Below are positions 56,669 to 64,000 of a stretch of DNA of 64,000 nt, piece after piece (within the stretch, counting starts at the first letter, position 1; the number at the start of each line of letters is the position of its first letter). Both the position numbers and the translations under genes were made by a program. Location: contig JAZJZC010000002.1 in NCBI GenBank assembly GCA_040390045.1, positions 37,113 to 101,112 of the forward strand, written 5' to 3'. This DNA comes from Patescibacteria group bacterium. GTDB taxonomy: Bacteria; Patescibacteriota; Minisyncoccia; Phycocordibacterales; SIBU01. Below the pieces are notes generated by a model. It was not told where the DNA came from. It ran no database searches and saw only the letters and a list, made by a program, of their open reading frames with translations.

Positions 56669-57151
56669 ATGAAGAAAAATATCGCACTCATAATACTCAT
56701 TGTTCTCGTCCTGGTCTTGGCCTGGCTCGTGTTCTCGCCTAATTCTCCTGCAACTTCGGTTAATCAACCCCACTACGATACAGCGCTCTCTGCATCGGGC
56801 AATATCACTTGTACCTACCCTCGAGTCTTACACGCAAGTTACCAGAGCGGTGAAATAACACACGAGTTACCTAAACCCGAAACAAACCCGATCATAATGA
56901 CTTTTAGCGGGATTGATTCGGAGACACCAAAAGTACAATTTATCGATTCTACTCAAACAATCTCTGAGGTTCCTATTATGAAAGTTGTAGATACAAATGA
57001 AAAGTTGATGTTTGTCGAGGGTGATGGTGATCCTTATTTGACCGTGCATACAATATACAAAAATGTAGGAATTGGAACTTATGAAAAATCAATGTCACTT
57101 TTGGGTATCCCAGTAGGAACAATTGCTATGGGTAGCTGTGTGGATTATTGA
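56669..57151 (+). CDS. hypothetical N-terminally anchored secreted protein
   Basis: 160 aa with a signal/anchor segment. Confidence 0.45.
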   Translation: MKKNIALIILIVLVLVLAWLVFSPNSPATSVNQPHYDTALSASGNITCTYPRVLHASYQSGEITHELPKPETNPIIMTFSGIDSETPKVQFIDSTQTISEVPIMKVVDTNEKLMFVEGDGDPYLTVHTIYKNVGIGTYEKSMSLLGIPVGTIAMGSCVDY

Positions 57152-57159
57152 TGGTGCAT

Positions 57160-57483
57160 ATGAAAAAAGCTATTAAATGGATCGTAGGAATAGTACTTAT
57201 ACTCTGGATATTTTCTGCCGCCCCTTCGTTTCTGGCTGGCGTTTTCTGGTCAGAAAGTAATGCACCTTGGGAGAAGGTCGATGCCTTCTACTATCCAGAT
57301 GCAAACAACTTATCCGAATGGGAAAGTCAGATAGATGTGGGTTCGGTCCAAGCTTGCCGTGATTGGGTTGAAGATTCAGCTGCCGCAAAGGGTGACCCAA
57401 ATCTAGAACGAGGTGATTATGAATGTGGAGTTAGTTGCAAAAGCAAAGATGGTTTCAATGTATGTCGTCTAACTGTTGAATAA
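57160..57483 (+). CDS. hypothetical small anchored Cys-containing protein
   Basis: Start at MKKAIKW within ORF 57148-57483. TM anchor. 4 Cys in the C-terminal part. Confidence 0.4.
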   Translation: MKKAIKWIVGIVLILWIFSAAPSFLAGVFWSESNAPWEKVDAFYYPDANNLSEWESQIDVGSVQACRDWVEDSAAAKGDPNLERGDYECGVSCKSKDGFNVCRLTVE

Positions 57484-57485
57484 AT

Positions 57486-57992
57486 ATGGACAAGAAAAAT
57501 ATCATAATTATCGTGTTGATAATCGCACTCGGAGCGACGGTTTATTTTACCTCTCAAAAAAATCAAGCTTCCCAACTAGAAAATTCTGGAACAAATTCAA
57601 TTTTGCCAAGCCAGGAACTAAGAGCGGCTTACACAGAATCTCTACAGCATTCTGCTATGGTAGATATCGCGGAACTTTCTTGTTTCCCGACAAGTCGGTT
57701 TGATTGTGGTGGGGGGAGTTGTACAGCTTCCGCTCCAGCAACTTATTATTTCGTAGATTATGGAACAGAGAGTGCAACCTATTTTAGGTGCGATGCCAAA
57801 GGATGCGATCCATACCCAGTTGAAGTAACCACTTCTGGAGAATTTACCCAATTTACTCCATCGCAAGGTCAAGCAATGATGTTCAAGGTCGCCACCGGAG
57901 ATATTTGGGACAACAAAGGAGAATTTATTGATATTGCAACACTCGGAACTGGAGCAATAGTATCTTCGGGTAAATGCGAATTCACAAAATAA
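57486..57992 (+). CDS. hypothetical anchored Cys-rich secreted protein
   Basis: 168 aa. TM anchor. CFPTSRFDCGGGSC..., CDAKGCD. Confidence 0.45.
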   Translation: MDKKNIIIIVLIIALGATVYFTSQKNQASQLENSGTNSILPSQELRAAYTESLQHSAMVDIAELSCFPTSRFDCGGGSCTASAPATYYFVDYGTESATYFRCDAKGCDPYPVEVTTSGEFTQFTPSQGQAMMFKVATGDIWDNKGEFIDIATLGTGAIVSSGKCEFTK

Positions 57993-57996
57993 ATTT

Positions 57997-58791
57997 ATGG
58001 TAAAGAGAAAACAACCCGAACCAATAGAAGCAAATCTGTCATATCAACAAATGGAGGCAGCTATTCCTAAAATTGACAGGAGGATAGCCGATCTTGAAAA
58101 TTTCGATGTCAATTCCATTACTGACCGAAGCGATGCAAGAATTAATGCACTCGAGAAATCATTAGATGCACTACTGGTTTCCGTTTTTGGGGCGGGAACA
58201 GTGGAATACGATCGTTACCATTGGCAAGTTACACGTTTGGATATTGCTTCAATGAACATGATGCATCGAACCCCAATTCATGAAATTCACGAAGGGTTAC
58301 GTCGCGGTATTGCTACCGCTAAAGCTCATTTGGAAGTAATCAAAAAAGGATTTCTTGAAGAACTTGGAGATGCGGGACTTAATTCTGCGGGAAAAACTCT
58401 AAAAGCATATGAAGGACTTGAACTACATCCCGAAATTGAGCGTGCGGTCGGTAATCTATACAGAGATGGTCACTATGCAAATGCTGTGGAGGATGCAACC
58501 AAAGCGCTCAACGCTTTGGTACGAATGCGTAGCGGCATTGAAGACAAAGATGGTAGTACGCTGATGGAGACGGTTTTTAGTCCAAAAAATCCACTTCTGA
58601 AATTTAACAAACTCGTTGATGTTTCTGATATAGATGAGCAAAGGGGATTTATGATGATGTTTGCTGGAGCTGTAGCTGGATTGCGCAATCCGCGCGCTCA
58701 TAAGATTATCAAGGATGACCCAGAGATGGCGTTGGAATTTATTGCCTTTGTCAGTCTTCTGGCAAAACTAGTGGATAAAAGCTCAAAATAA
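57997..58791 (+). CDS. HEPN-superfamily protein, Ymh (TIGR02391)-like C-terminal domain, predicted RNase/defense
   Basis: C-terminal MMMFAGAVAGLRNPRAHKIIKDDPEMALEFIAFVSLLAKLV carries an Rx4H motif (RNPRAH) in a helical context typical of the Hypoth_Ymh HEPN family. Confidence 0.55.
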   Translation: MVKRKQPEPIEANLSYQQMEAAIPKIDRRIADLENFDVNSITDRSDARINALEKSLDALLVSVFGAGTVEYDRYHWQVTRLDIASMNMMHRTPIHEIHEGLRRGIATAKAHLEVIKKGFLEELGDAGLNSAGKTLKAYEGLELHPEIERAVGNLYRDGHYANAVEDATKALNALVRMRSGIEDKDGSTLMETVFSPKNPLLKFNKLVDVSDIDEQRGFMMMFAGAVAGLRNPRAHKIIKDDPEMALEFIAFVSLLAKLVDKSSK

Positions 58792-58810
58792 TTCAGCTAC
58801 TTTTTAAGTC

Positions 58811-59512
58811 ATGAAGGATCTAAAAAATATCTTAAAGGGGAAAATAATAGAGATATTGATAATAATTGTTGTTTTACTTTTTATTCTATATTTGGTATGT
58901 CCGACACTCAGGGATTATATTTTTGAGCAAAAAATTGAAGCGAACTTTGTACTCGGATTCTTAACAGTCATTACCTTGATGGTCAGTATTTGGCAGAATA
59001 CAAAAGATAGGAAGCTAACCTACAACATAAATGTTTGGGAATCGGTAAGAAATAATGGCTTAGCAATAATAAGCAAACTGATCGCAATTAAGCAAAAAAG
59101 TGACATTATCGTCAAAACTCTAAAAAGCCATCAGGATGCCATAAAGAAAAGACAGGTATTCATGGATTCTAACGATACCTTGTCAAAGAGAGATATTGAC
59201 GATGGATTTCAGATAGTTGCTGCTTATGCGGATACATATTTTAGAGATGAATGTGAGAAGTGGAATGAAATGTTAAACAAGTTGAGTGCTATGGCAACAG
59301 ATAATATAAACGTAATCAAGAATTACGAGATAAATTTGCAGTTAATTATGAGTGGAACTGATTTTAGAAATTCAACTCTAGACAAACTAGATGAAATTGT
59401 TGCTAACGCAGAGAAAGCAGACAAAGAAATTGCTCAGATCACTGAGGAGATGAGAAATAAAATTATTGGAAAGACAAATAGTATTAGCGATAAAATCAAG
59501 AATAATTTATAG
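58811..59512 (+). CDS. AT-rich hypothetical membrane protein (2 TM) with a long helical C-terminus, possible partner of the HEPN gene
   Basis: 233 aa. GC visibly lower than the flanks. Confidence 0.45.
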   Translation: MKDLKNILKGKIIEILIIIVVLLFILYLVCPTLRDYIFEQKIEANFVLGFLTVITLMVSIWQNTKDRKLTYNINVWESVRNNGLAIISKLIAIKQKSDIIVKTLKSHQDAIKKRQVFMDSNDTLSKRDIDDGFQIVAAYADTYFRDECEKWNEMLNKLSAMATDNINVIKNYEINLQLIMSGTDFRNSTLDKLDEIVANAEKADKEIAQITEEMRNKIIGKTNSISDKIKNNL

Positions 59513-59644
59513 CACAGAGATTAAATTATTGGATAATCCACGATGTTTTGCCCCTTATCCGACTTCGGCTTGGGCACCTCGAACCAGTCTGGATGGACTT
59601 TGTAGAAGCTCTGATTTCTGTATCCTTTTTCGGACAATCAACTC

Positions 59645-59848
59645 CTATCTTTTATACTCCAAAATATCCCCCGGTTGACAATCAAGCGCTTTGCAAACAG
59701 CCTCTAGTGTCGATAGCCGAATCGCTTTGGCTTTTCCATTTTTCAAAACGGAAATGTTGGCCATCGTGATGCCAACTTTCTCGGCGAGTTCGGTGACGCT
59801 CATTTTTCGCTTGGCCAAATAAACGTCTATGTTGATAATGATCGCCAT
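59645..59848 (-). CDS. XRE-family helix-turn-helix transcriptional regulator
   Basis: MSVTELAEKVGITMANISVLKNGKAKAIRLSTLEAVCKALDCQPGDIL. Confidence 0.75.
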   Translation of the reverse strand: MAIIINIDVYLAKRKMSVTELAEKVGITMANISVLKNGKAKAIRLSTLEAVCKALDCQPGDILEYKR

Positions 59849-59852
59849 GGTT

Positions 59853-60335
59853 TTAAACAGTTAAGTCGTTTTCGGATTTTATGTCCACTGCTTTTTGCAA
59901 AATTCGTTCAAACATTGCGGCCACACTGGCGCCTAGGCCAGAGATAGCAATTATTAAAAGACCCATGAAAACACCACCCGCAATGTCATCCTTACCGCGC
60001 TGAAATACAAATAGATAGGCCTCTGCTCCAAGCGCAAAAGCAACGAGGGTTATTGCGCAGTATCTTATAATTTGTAAAGCCCTCACGGAATTTATTGAGA
60101 AGATTTTATTTTTTCCAATATATCCGAGCAACTTGAACGCTTGGTAGAGTGCTACAAAAAACGCGATGGACGCTGTATACGCACACGCTAAGAATGGGTC
60201 GTTGAAATATATTTGAAAGAGGGTAGCGTTTACATTTCTGCCCTCGATGTGAGGTTCCCAAAGCATAAAGGCAAGAGCGCCGAGGCCGATGAGCACAATA
60301 ACCACCTGAAGCAATATTGTTGAACTTTTTTTCAT
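59853..60335 (-). CDS. DUF2975-like membrane protein, typically paired with a small XRE HTH regulator
   Basis: 4 TM helices. 5 nt upstream of the HTH gene on the same strand. Confidence 0.5.
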   Translation of the reverse strand: MKKSSTILLQVVIVLIGLGALAFMLWEPHIEGRNVNATLFQIYFNDPFLACAYTASIAFFVALYQAFKLLGYIGKNKIFSINSVRALQIIRYCAITLVAFALGAEAYLFVFQRGKDDIAGGVFMGLLIIAISGLGASVAAMFERILQKAVDIKSENDLTV

Positions 60336-60486
60336 GAAAGATTTATATTAAATTATAAGAGCCGGCGCTCAATGGACGTTGCGCCGACATGATTTCGCTA
60401 AATCACATCTTAATTTATCACTTATTGTTTGTCAATATATATTTATCGTTATTTTTACATAGCTTGAAACATTCGAGCTGTTCATT

Positions 60487-60792
60487 ATGTTACAAGAGTA
60501 CATGAATTCTCTAATTAAAAAACCCAGCGCTTGGATGCCTATAGCTTTTTCGTTGACGATGTTGGCGTCATTTTTTATTGTGCCGATGCTTTCTGGACCT
60601 CTAGTTCGGCAAGCGGATGAGGGAACTGGCGCACACCTTTTTCAATTGTGGTTAGTTTTAGAGGTCGTGATGATAACTATTTTTGCCATTAATTGGTTAC
60701 CGAAAAAACTGAAAGAGACTTTTGTAGTTTTAGTAATTCAGGTTGTCGCGGTGGTTGCGGCCTGTGCTCCGGTTTTCTATTTCAACGTTTAG
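60487..60792 (+). CDS. small hypothetical membrane protein
   Basis: 101 aa, 3 TM. Confidence 0.35.
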   Translation: MLQEYMNSLIKKPSAWMPIAFSLTMLASFFIVPMLSGPLVRQADEGTGAHLFQLWLVLEVVMITIFAINWLPKKLKETFVVLVIQVVAVVAACAPVFYFNV

Positions 60793-60876
60793 ATTATTTC
60801 CCCTTTAACTTTCTGCCCAATTGCTGTAGTATACTTATTTCACACTTTAACAAAATTAAATTTTTAACTAAAACAG

Positions 60877-61779
60877 ATGCGTAAAATTATTTCAATTGTC
60901 GTGGTAGTGGCTATCATTCTTGTTGCTGGGTTTTTTTACTTGAATAATTATATCTATCAAGAGAAGCAGGGTCCCACAGACTACAAAGACGCCACGTTTC
61001 TAATAGAGAACAAGTCTGTCACACTTGTTGACGGCGTATCTGAAGTGGCACAAGAAGGTTCGTCTTCAAAAATAGTCACCAAGTATTTTGGCAATCAGGC
61101 GAAAGGGGATTTGAACAAGGATGGCATTCCTGATCTTGCGTTTATTCTTACTCAAGAAACAGGTGGAAGCGGCACTTTCTTTTATGTTGTCGGAGCGATT
61201 CAAACTCCAAACAATACTTACAATGGCACGGACGGAGTTTTGCTTGGAGATAGGGTTGCTCCACAGTCAACAGAAATTCGTAGTGACGGAATATTGGTGG
61301 TAAATTTTGCAGTTCGACAGCCGAACGAGCCGATGACTGCATCACCTTCGGTTGCTAAAAGTATCTGGCTTAAACTTGATCTTGAAAGCTTGAGATTTGG
61401 CATAGTCGAACAGAATTTTGAAGGTGAAGCTGACCCTGCACACATGACACTTACTATGAAGCCTTGGAGTTGGGTTTCCGTGTTGTATAACGACGCCCGA
61501 GAGATCAAACCAAATCGCGCAGATGTTTTTGTTCTAACCTTTGGAGGCGACGGTAAATTTACAGCGAAGACTGATTGTAACAGCGCAGGAGGGCAGTATG
61601 TTGCGAAAGATGGTACGATCACCTTTAGTAATATTTTTGCCACGAAGATGTATTGTGAAGGATCACAGGAAGCGGAATTTTTAAAACTTCTTGAGAATAC
61701 GAGTAGTTATCACTTTACGTCGCGAGGACAACTGATTCTTGACCTCAAGTTTGATAGCGGTTCGGTGATTTTTCAATAG
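60877..61779 (+). CDS. membrane-anchored protein with a C-terminal META (HslJ-like, DUF306) domain
   Basis: DCNSAGGQYVAKDGTITFSNIFATKMYCEGSQEAEFLKLLENTSSY. Confidence 0.6.
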   Translation: MRKIISIVVVVAIILVAGFFYLNNYIYQEKQGPTDYKDATFLIENKSVTLVDGVSEVAQEGSSSKIVTKYFGNQAKGDLNKDGIPDLAFILTQETGGSGTFFYVVGAIQTPNNTYNGTDGVLLGDRVAPQSTEIRSDGILVVNFAVRQPNEPMTASPSVAKSIWLKLDLESLRFGIVEQNFEGEADPAHMTLTMKPWSWVSVLYNDAREIKPNRADVFVLTFGGDGKFTAKTDCNSAGGQYVAKDGTITFSNIFATKMYCEGSQEAEFLKLLENTSSYHFTSRGQLILDLKFDSGSVIFQ

Positions 61780-61799
61780 CCCTGACAGGCTATTTGAAT

Positions 61800-61886
61800 G
61801 GAGAGATGGATGAGTGGTTTAAATCAACGGTTTACTAAACCGTCGACCTTTAATTAGGTCCGCGAGTTCGAATCTCGCTCTCTCCG
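61800..61886 (+). tRNA. tRNA-Ser-like (long variable arm) with an unusual ACU anticodon
   Basis: Acceptor ggagaga/tctctcc, anticodon arm acggt-ttactaa-accgt, variable arm gacc-tttaatta-ggtc, T arm gcgag-ttcgaat-ctcgc, discriminator G. Confidence 0.65.
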
Positions 61887-61927
61887 CATTTGAAAATCCG
61901 CCCTTTTGGGGCGTGATTTTCTTATGC

Positions 61928-62058
61928 GGAGAGAAGAAAGCATGGGAATGCTTTCGCGCGAGATTCGAAGCCCGATTGAGCTTTTTCTGGAAGCGAAGCG
62001 TACCAGAAAAACCAATCGGGGTACTGACCCTGTAAGGGTCGAACTCGCTCTCTCCGCA
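61928..62058. other. structured tRNA-derived element F, bounded by ggagaga ... tctctcc-g
   Basis: Termini equal the acceptor strands of the adjacent tRNA (61800). Internal gcgag..ctcgc T-stem-like pairing, hairpin gaaagcat-ggga-atgctttc, and the core cggggtactgaccc related to the E3 module. Confidence 0.45.
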
Positions 62059-62125
62059 ACGAAAATTTACCCGCGGGCGAATCTCACTCCCCGCTAACTG
62101 ATTTTAATTCTGTTATACTTCATTA

Positions 62126-62701
62126 GTGATAAAAATATCTTTAGTCGTAATTGCTTGTCTGCTAGCATTACTAGGAAATATTCCTTACGTACTAGATGTT
62201 GTTAAGGGCAGGGTGAAACCTCATCCCTATACTTGGTTTGTCTGGACGATAGTTTCCTGTGTTGTCTTTTTTGGACAGCTTGCAAAAGGCGGTGGAATAG
62301 CGGTAATTGCCACAGGAGTTTCAGAAATTTTTACAATAATTATATTTTTACTATCTTTAAAGTATGGATTTAAAAATCCTCCAAAGGTAGACAACTATTT
62401 CCTAGTTTTCGCTCTTTTGGGTTTAATCCCGTGGTTTATCACTAAAGATCCTACTATTTCTGTCATAACGGTTGTTTCGATAGATCTTATTGCTTTTATT
62501 CCAACCCTTCGTAAAACCTACTGCTTTCCAAAAAGTGAAACTCCACTGTTGTATGGAAGTAATGTGTTAAGACATTTTTTAATATTGGCAACTTTGGGTT
62601 CTTACAACGTAGCGACCATGCTTCATTCAATATCAATGATCGTTACCAATTCAATTATGGTAATTTTTATAAAAACTTGTAAAGAAAAGGAGGCGGCCTG
62701 A
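62126..62701 (+). CDS. hypothetical polytopic membrane protein, AT-rich
   Basis: 191 aa, about 5 TM helices. Confidence 0.4.
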   Translation: MIKISLVVIACLLALLGNIPYVLDVVKGRVKPHPYTWFVWTIVSCVVFFGQLAKGGGIAVIATGVSEIFTIIIFLLSLKYGFKNPPKVDNYFLVFALLGLIPWFITKDPTISVITVVSIDLIAFIPTLRKTYCFPKSETPLLYGSNVLRHFLILATLGSYNVATMLHSISMIVTNSIMVIFIKTCKEKEAA

Positions 62702-62759
62702 CTATCAGCAACTAAAAATCACCAGTCGGTTAGGCTGGTGATTTTTCTAAAGTGTAAAC

Positions 62760-63266
62760 TTATCTTGTAATCGAAATCTCCGCACTTCCAGCAATCGCCG
62801 GCTCGACCCCCTTACTTGCGTACACCGTAATTCTTCCGTTGGCATCGACACTGATGTCATAACCTGTGTACGGCGCAACAGAATATGTTGTATCAGGATC
62901 GGTTGGTAATGCGGGAATGTACGTCGGCGTCAAACATGAAAGATCAATTCCAGTTCCTGTTGATCCAGAATCGATATGCTCTCTTGTTGTCGAGGCGGTA
63001 AGAGCGGGGCAGGCGGGAGTGCCGCCAAGAAAAACTCCTTTGTTGTCCGCAATGTGTTGTCCGATTGCATTAAGAAGCGTTTCGACGTGGCTTGTTCTTT
63101 GCGTGTTTCTCGCTTGAGCAAATTGCCTCGCGGGATTAATCGCGATCATGACGATGGTGGCTAGGACTGCGATGATGCCGATGACTACCAAAATTTCAAT
63201 AAGCGTGAAACCCGAATTTTTTGTGGGCGCACTTTTTATATTGAATTTTGAAAAAAGTTTTTTCAT
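62760..63266 (-). CDS. type IV pilin / pseudopilin with a prepilin N-terminal methylation motif
   Basis: GFTLIEILVVIGIIAVLATIV: class III signal with G|F cleavage and Glu at +5. Start at MKK within ORF 62760-63272. Confidence 0.75.
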   Translation of the reverse strand: MKKLFSKFNIKSAPTKNSGFTLIEILVVIGIIAVLATIVMIAINPARQFAQARNTQRTSHVETLLNAIGQHIADNKGVFLGGTPACPALTASTTREHIDSGSTGTGIDLSCLTPTYIPALPTDPDTTYSVAPYTGYDISVDANGRITVYASKGVEPAIAGSAEISITR

Positions 63267-63357
63267 ACACAATATTTTTACTAATAATAAGAATACTCTA
63301 CACCCACCACTATTTAATTCAAGTTGTTACCTGTTGACAACAAAAGTAGTAAATCTC

Positions 63358-63849
63358 TCATTCAATACCGGAGATTTCAGTCCACAACTTCACGTCGATG
63401 TTCGGAGGCGTAGGAACAATCATGCTTGCTATTCCCGGATTGTAGGTGGTGATTTCAACTTTCAAGTTACTAAAAGTATTTCTGTAGATTCCTTGGGTGA
63501 TGATGGTAATTTCGCTCAGTGCTCCCGCCCGCGGGGCGGGCGGGAGCACTGAAACAATCAAACATTCACCATCTTCGATACTAATGGGCAAGCCTTTTCC
63601 AGTCACAAAATCCGGATCAGTTGTCGGATCATAAGAATAGTTTTTAGCCAATCTCAGCAATGTTTCGTTGGCGCAGGATTCTGCTAAGGCAAAAGCCTTA
63701 CGTTTAAATTCTCCGTCAAGCGCGTCGAAGCGAGCGTAGAAACTCGACATGTTTGTGGTGAATACAATCGCCATCAAAATAGTTGAAATAATAATGGTCG
63801 ACATGAGTGCTATGAAGCCTTTGTTTTTCTGCGGGGAAGTTAGAATCAT
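63358..63849 (-). CDS. pilin-like protein with a divergent prepilin N-terminus
   Basis: KGFIALMSTIIISTILMAIVF: hydrophobic pilin-like helix with no Glu at +5. Confidence 0.5.
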   Translation of the reverse strand: MILTSPQKNKGFIALMSTIIISTILMAIVFTTNMSSFYARFDALDGEFKRKAFALAESCANETLLRLAKNYSYDPTTDPDFVTGKGLPISIEDGECLIVSVLPPAPRAGALSEITIITQGIYRNTFSNLKVEITTYNPGIASMIVPTPPNIDVKLWTEISGIE

Positions 63850-64000
63850 TTTCTTAAATATTTTGTGGACGAAAAAATTCGGGAAATTTCAAAACCTTCT
63901 GAAGTTTTGGCGATGAGCATAAATGTGGCGGTTAGACTTTCCGGAAGGACGCTTTCTTCAGAAGGGGTGACATGTGTAAATGTCAGATTTTGTAGTTTCA

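Noticed and set aside
56336-56773. 145-aa ORF on the minus strand across E3
   Set aside because: Arg-rich junk translation of the structured element. It overlaps the start of the signal-peptide gene at 56669.
61906-62097. 63-aa ORF across element F
   Set aside because: It coincides with the tRNA-derived structured element, and the reading frame is not supported by any motif. It is retained only as an alternative explanation.

Overview
This 64 kb window is a low-GC (~40%) bacterial contig whose gene content and organisation look like a small-genome Candidate Phyla Radiation (Patescibacteria)-type organism; that assignment is an inference.

What is in the window:
- The fusA-tuf / S10 / spc ribosomal-protein superoperon (rpsJ through rplO, then secY-adk-map), compact and lacking rpmD (L30). 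It is interrupted by accessory insertions:
  - an 878-aa cell-surface protein between fusA and tuf;
  - a dinJ/yafQ-like toxin-antitoxin pair plus a GC-rich membrane gene between rpsJ and rplC;
  - two small antisense membrane ORFs between rplB and rpsS.
- A cluster of nucleotide kinases: archaeal-type cmk, adk, pyrH, with ndk a few genes downstream.
- A VirB4/VirD4-like P-loop ATPase with small neighbouring genes, and an infC-rpmI-rplT operon.
- ccdA/tlpA thiol-disulfide genes and a second Phd/RelE-like toxin-antitoxin pair.
- A cluster of an ATP-grasp enzyme, two paralogous proteins with PEP-utilizing (phosphohistidine swivel) domains and a histidine-phosphatase-family protein.
- Two ECF sigma factor modules, uppP, tmRNA-smpB-ftsH, recG, two type IV pilin-like genes and a HEPN (Ymh-family) defense-like gene pair.

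RNA genes, all found by manual folding:
- tmRNA (ssrA) next to smpB.
- A tRNA with a UAU anticodon.
- Two tRNA-Ser genes.

The most unusual signals:
1. Both tRNA-Ser genes are flanked by structured, tRNA-derived mini-helix-like elements. These share a conserved sequence module, and their terminal sequences co-vary with the acceptor stem of the adjacent tRNA.
2. A ~90-nt conserved element with an internal 6-4-6 palindrome occurs three times, each time 30-125 nt upstream of a gene (tuf, an ECF sigma factor, a small ORF) and in the same gene-relative orientation.
3. Almost every intergenic spacer in the ribosomal operons is built from a different short repeated word that folds into a hairpin. One family, with CCCTAAA-like arms, recurs after tuf, rplW and rpsC.
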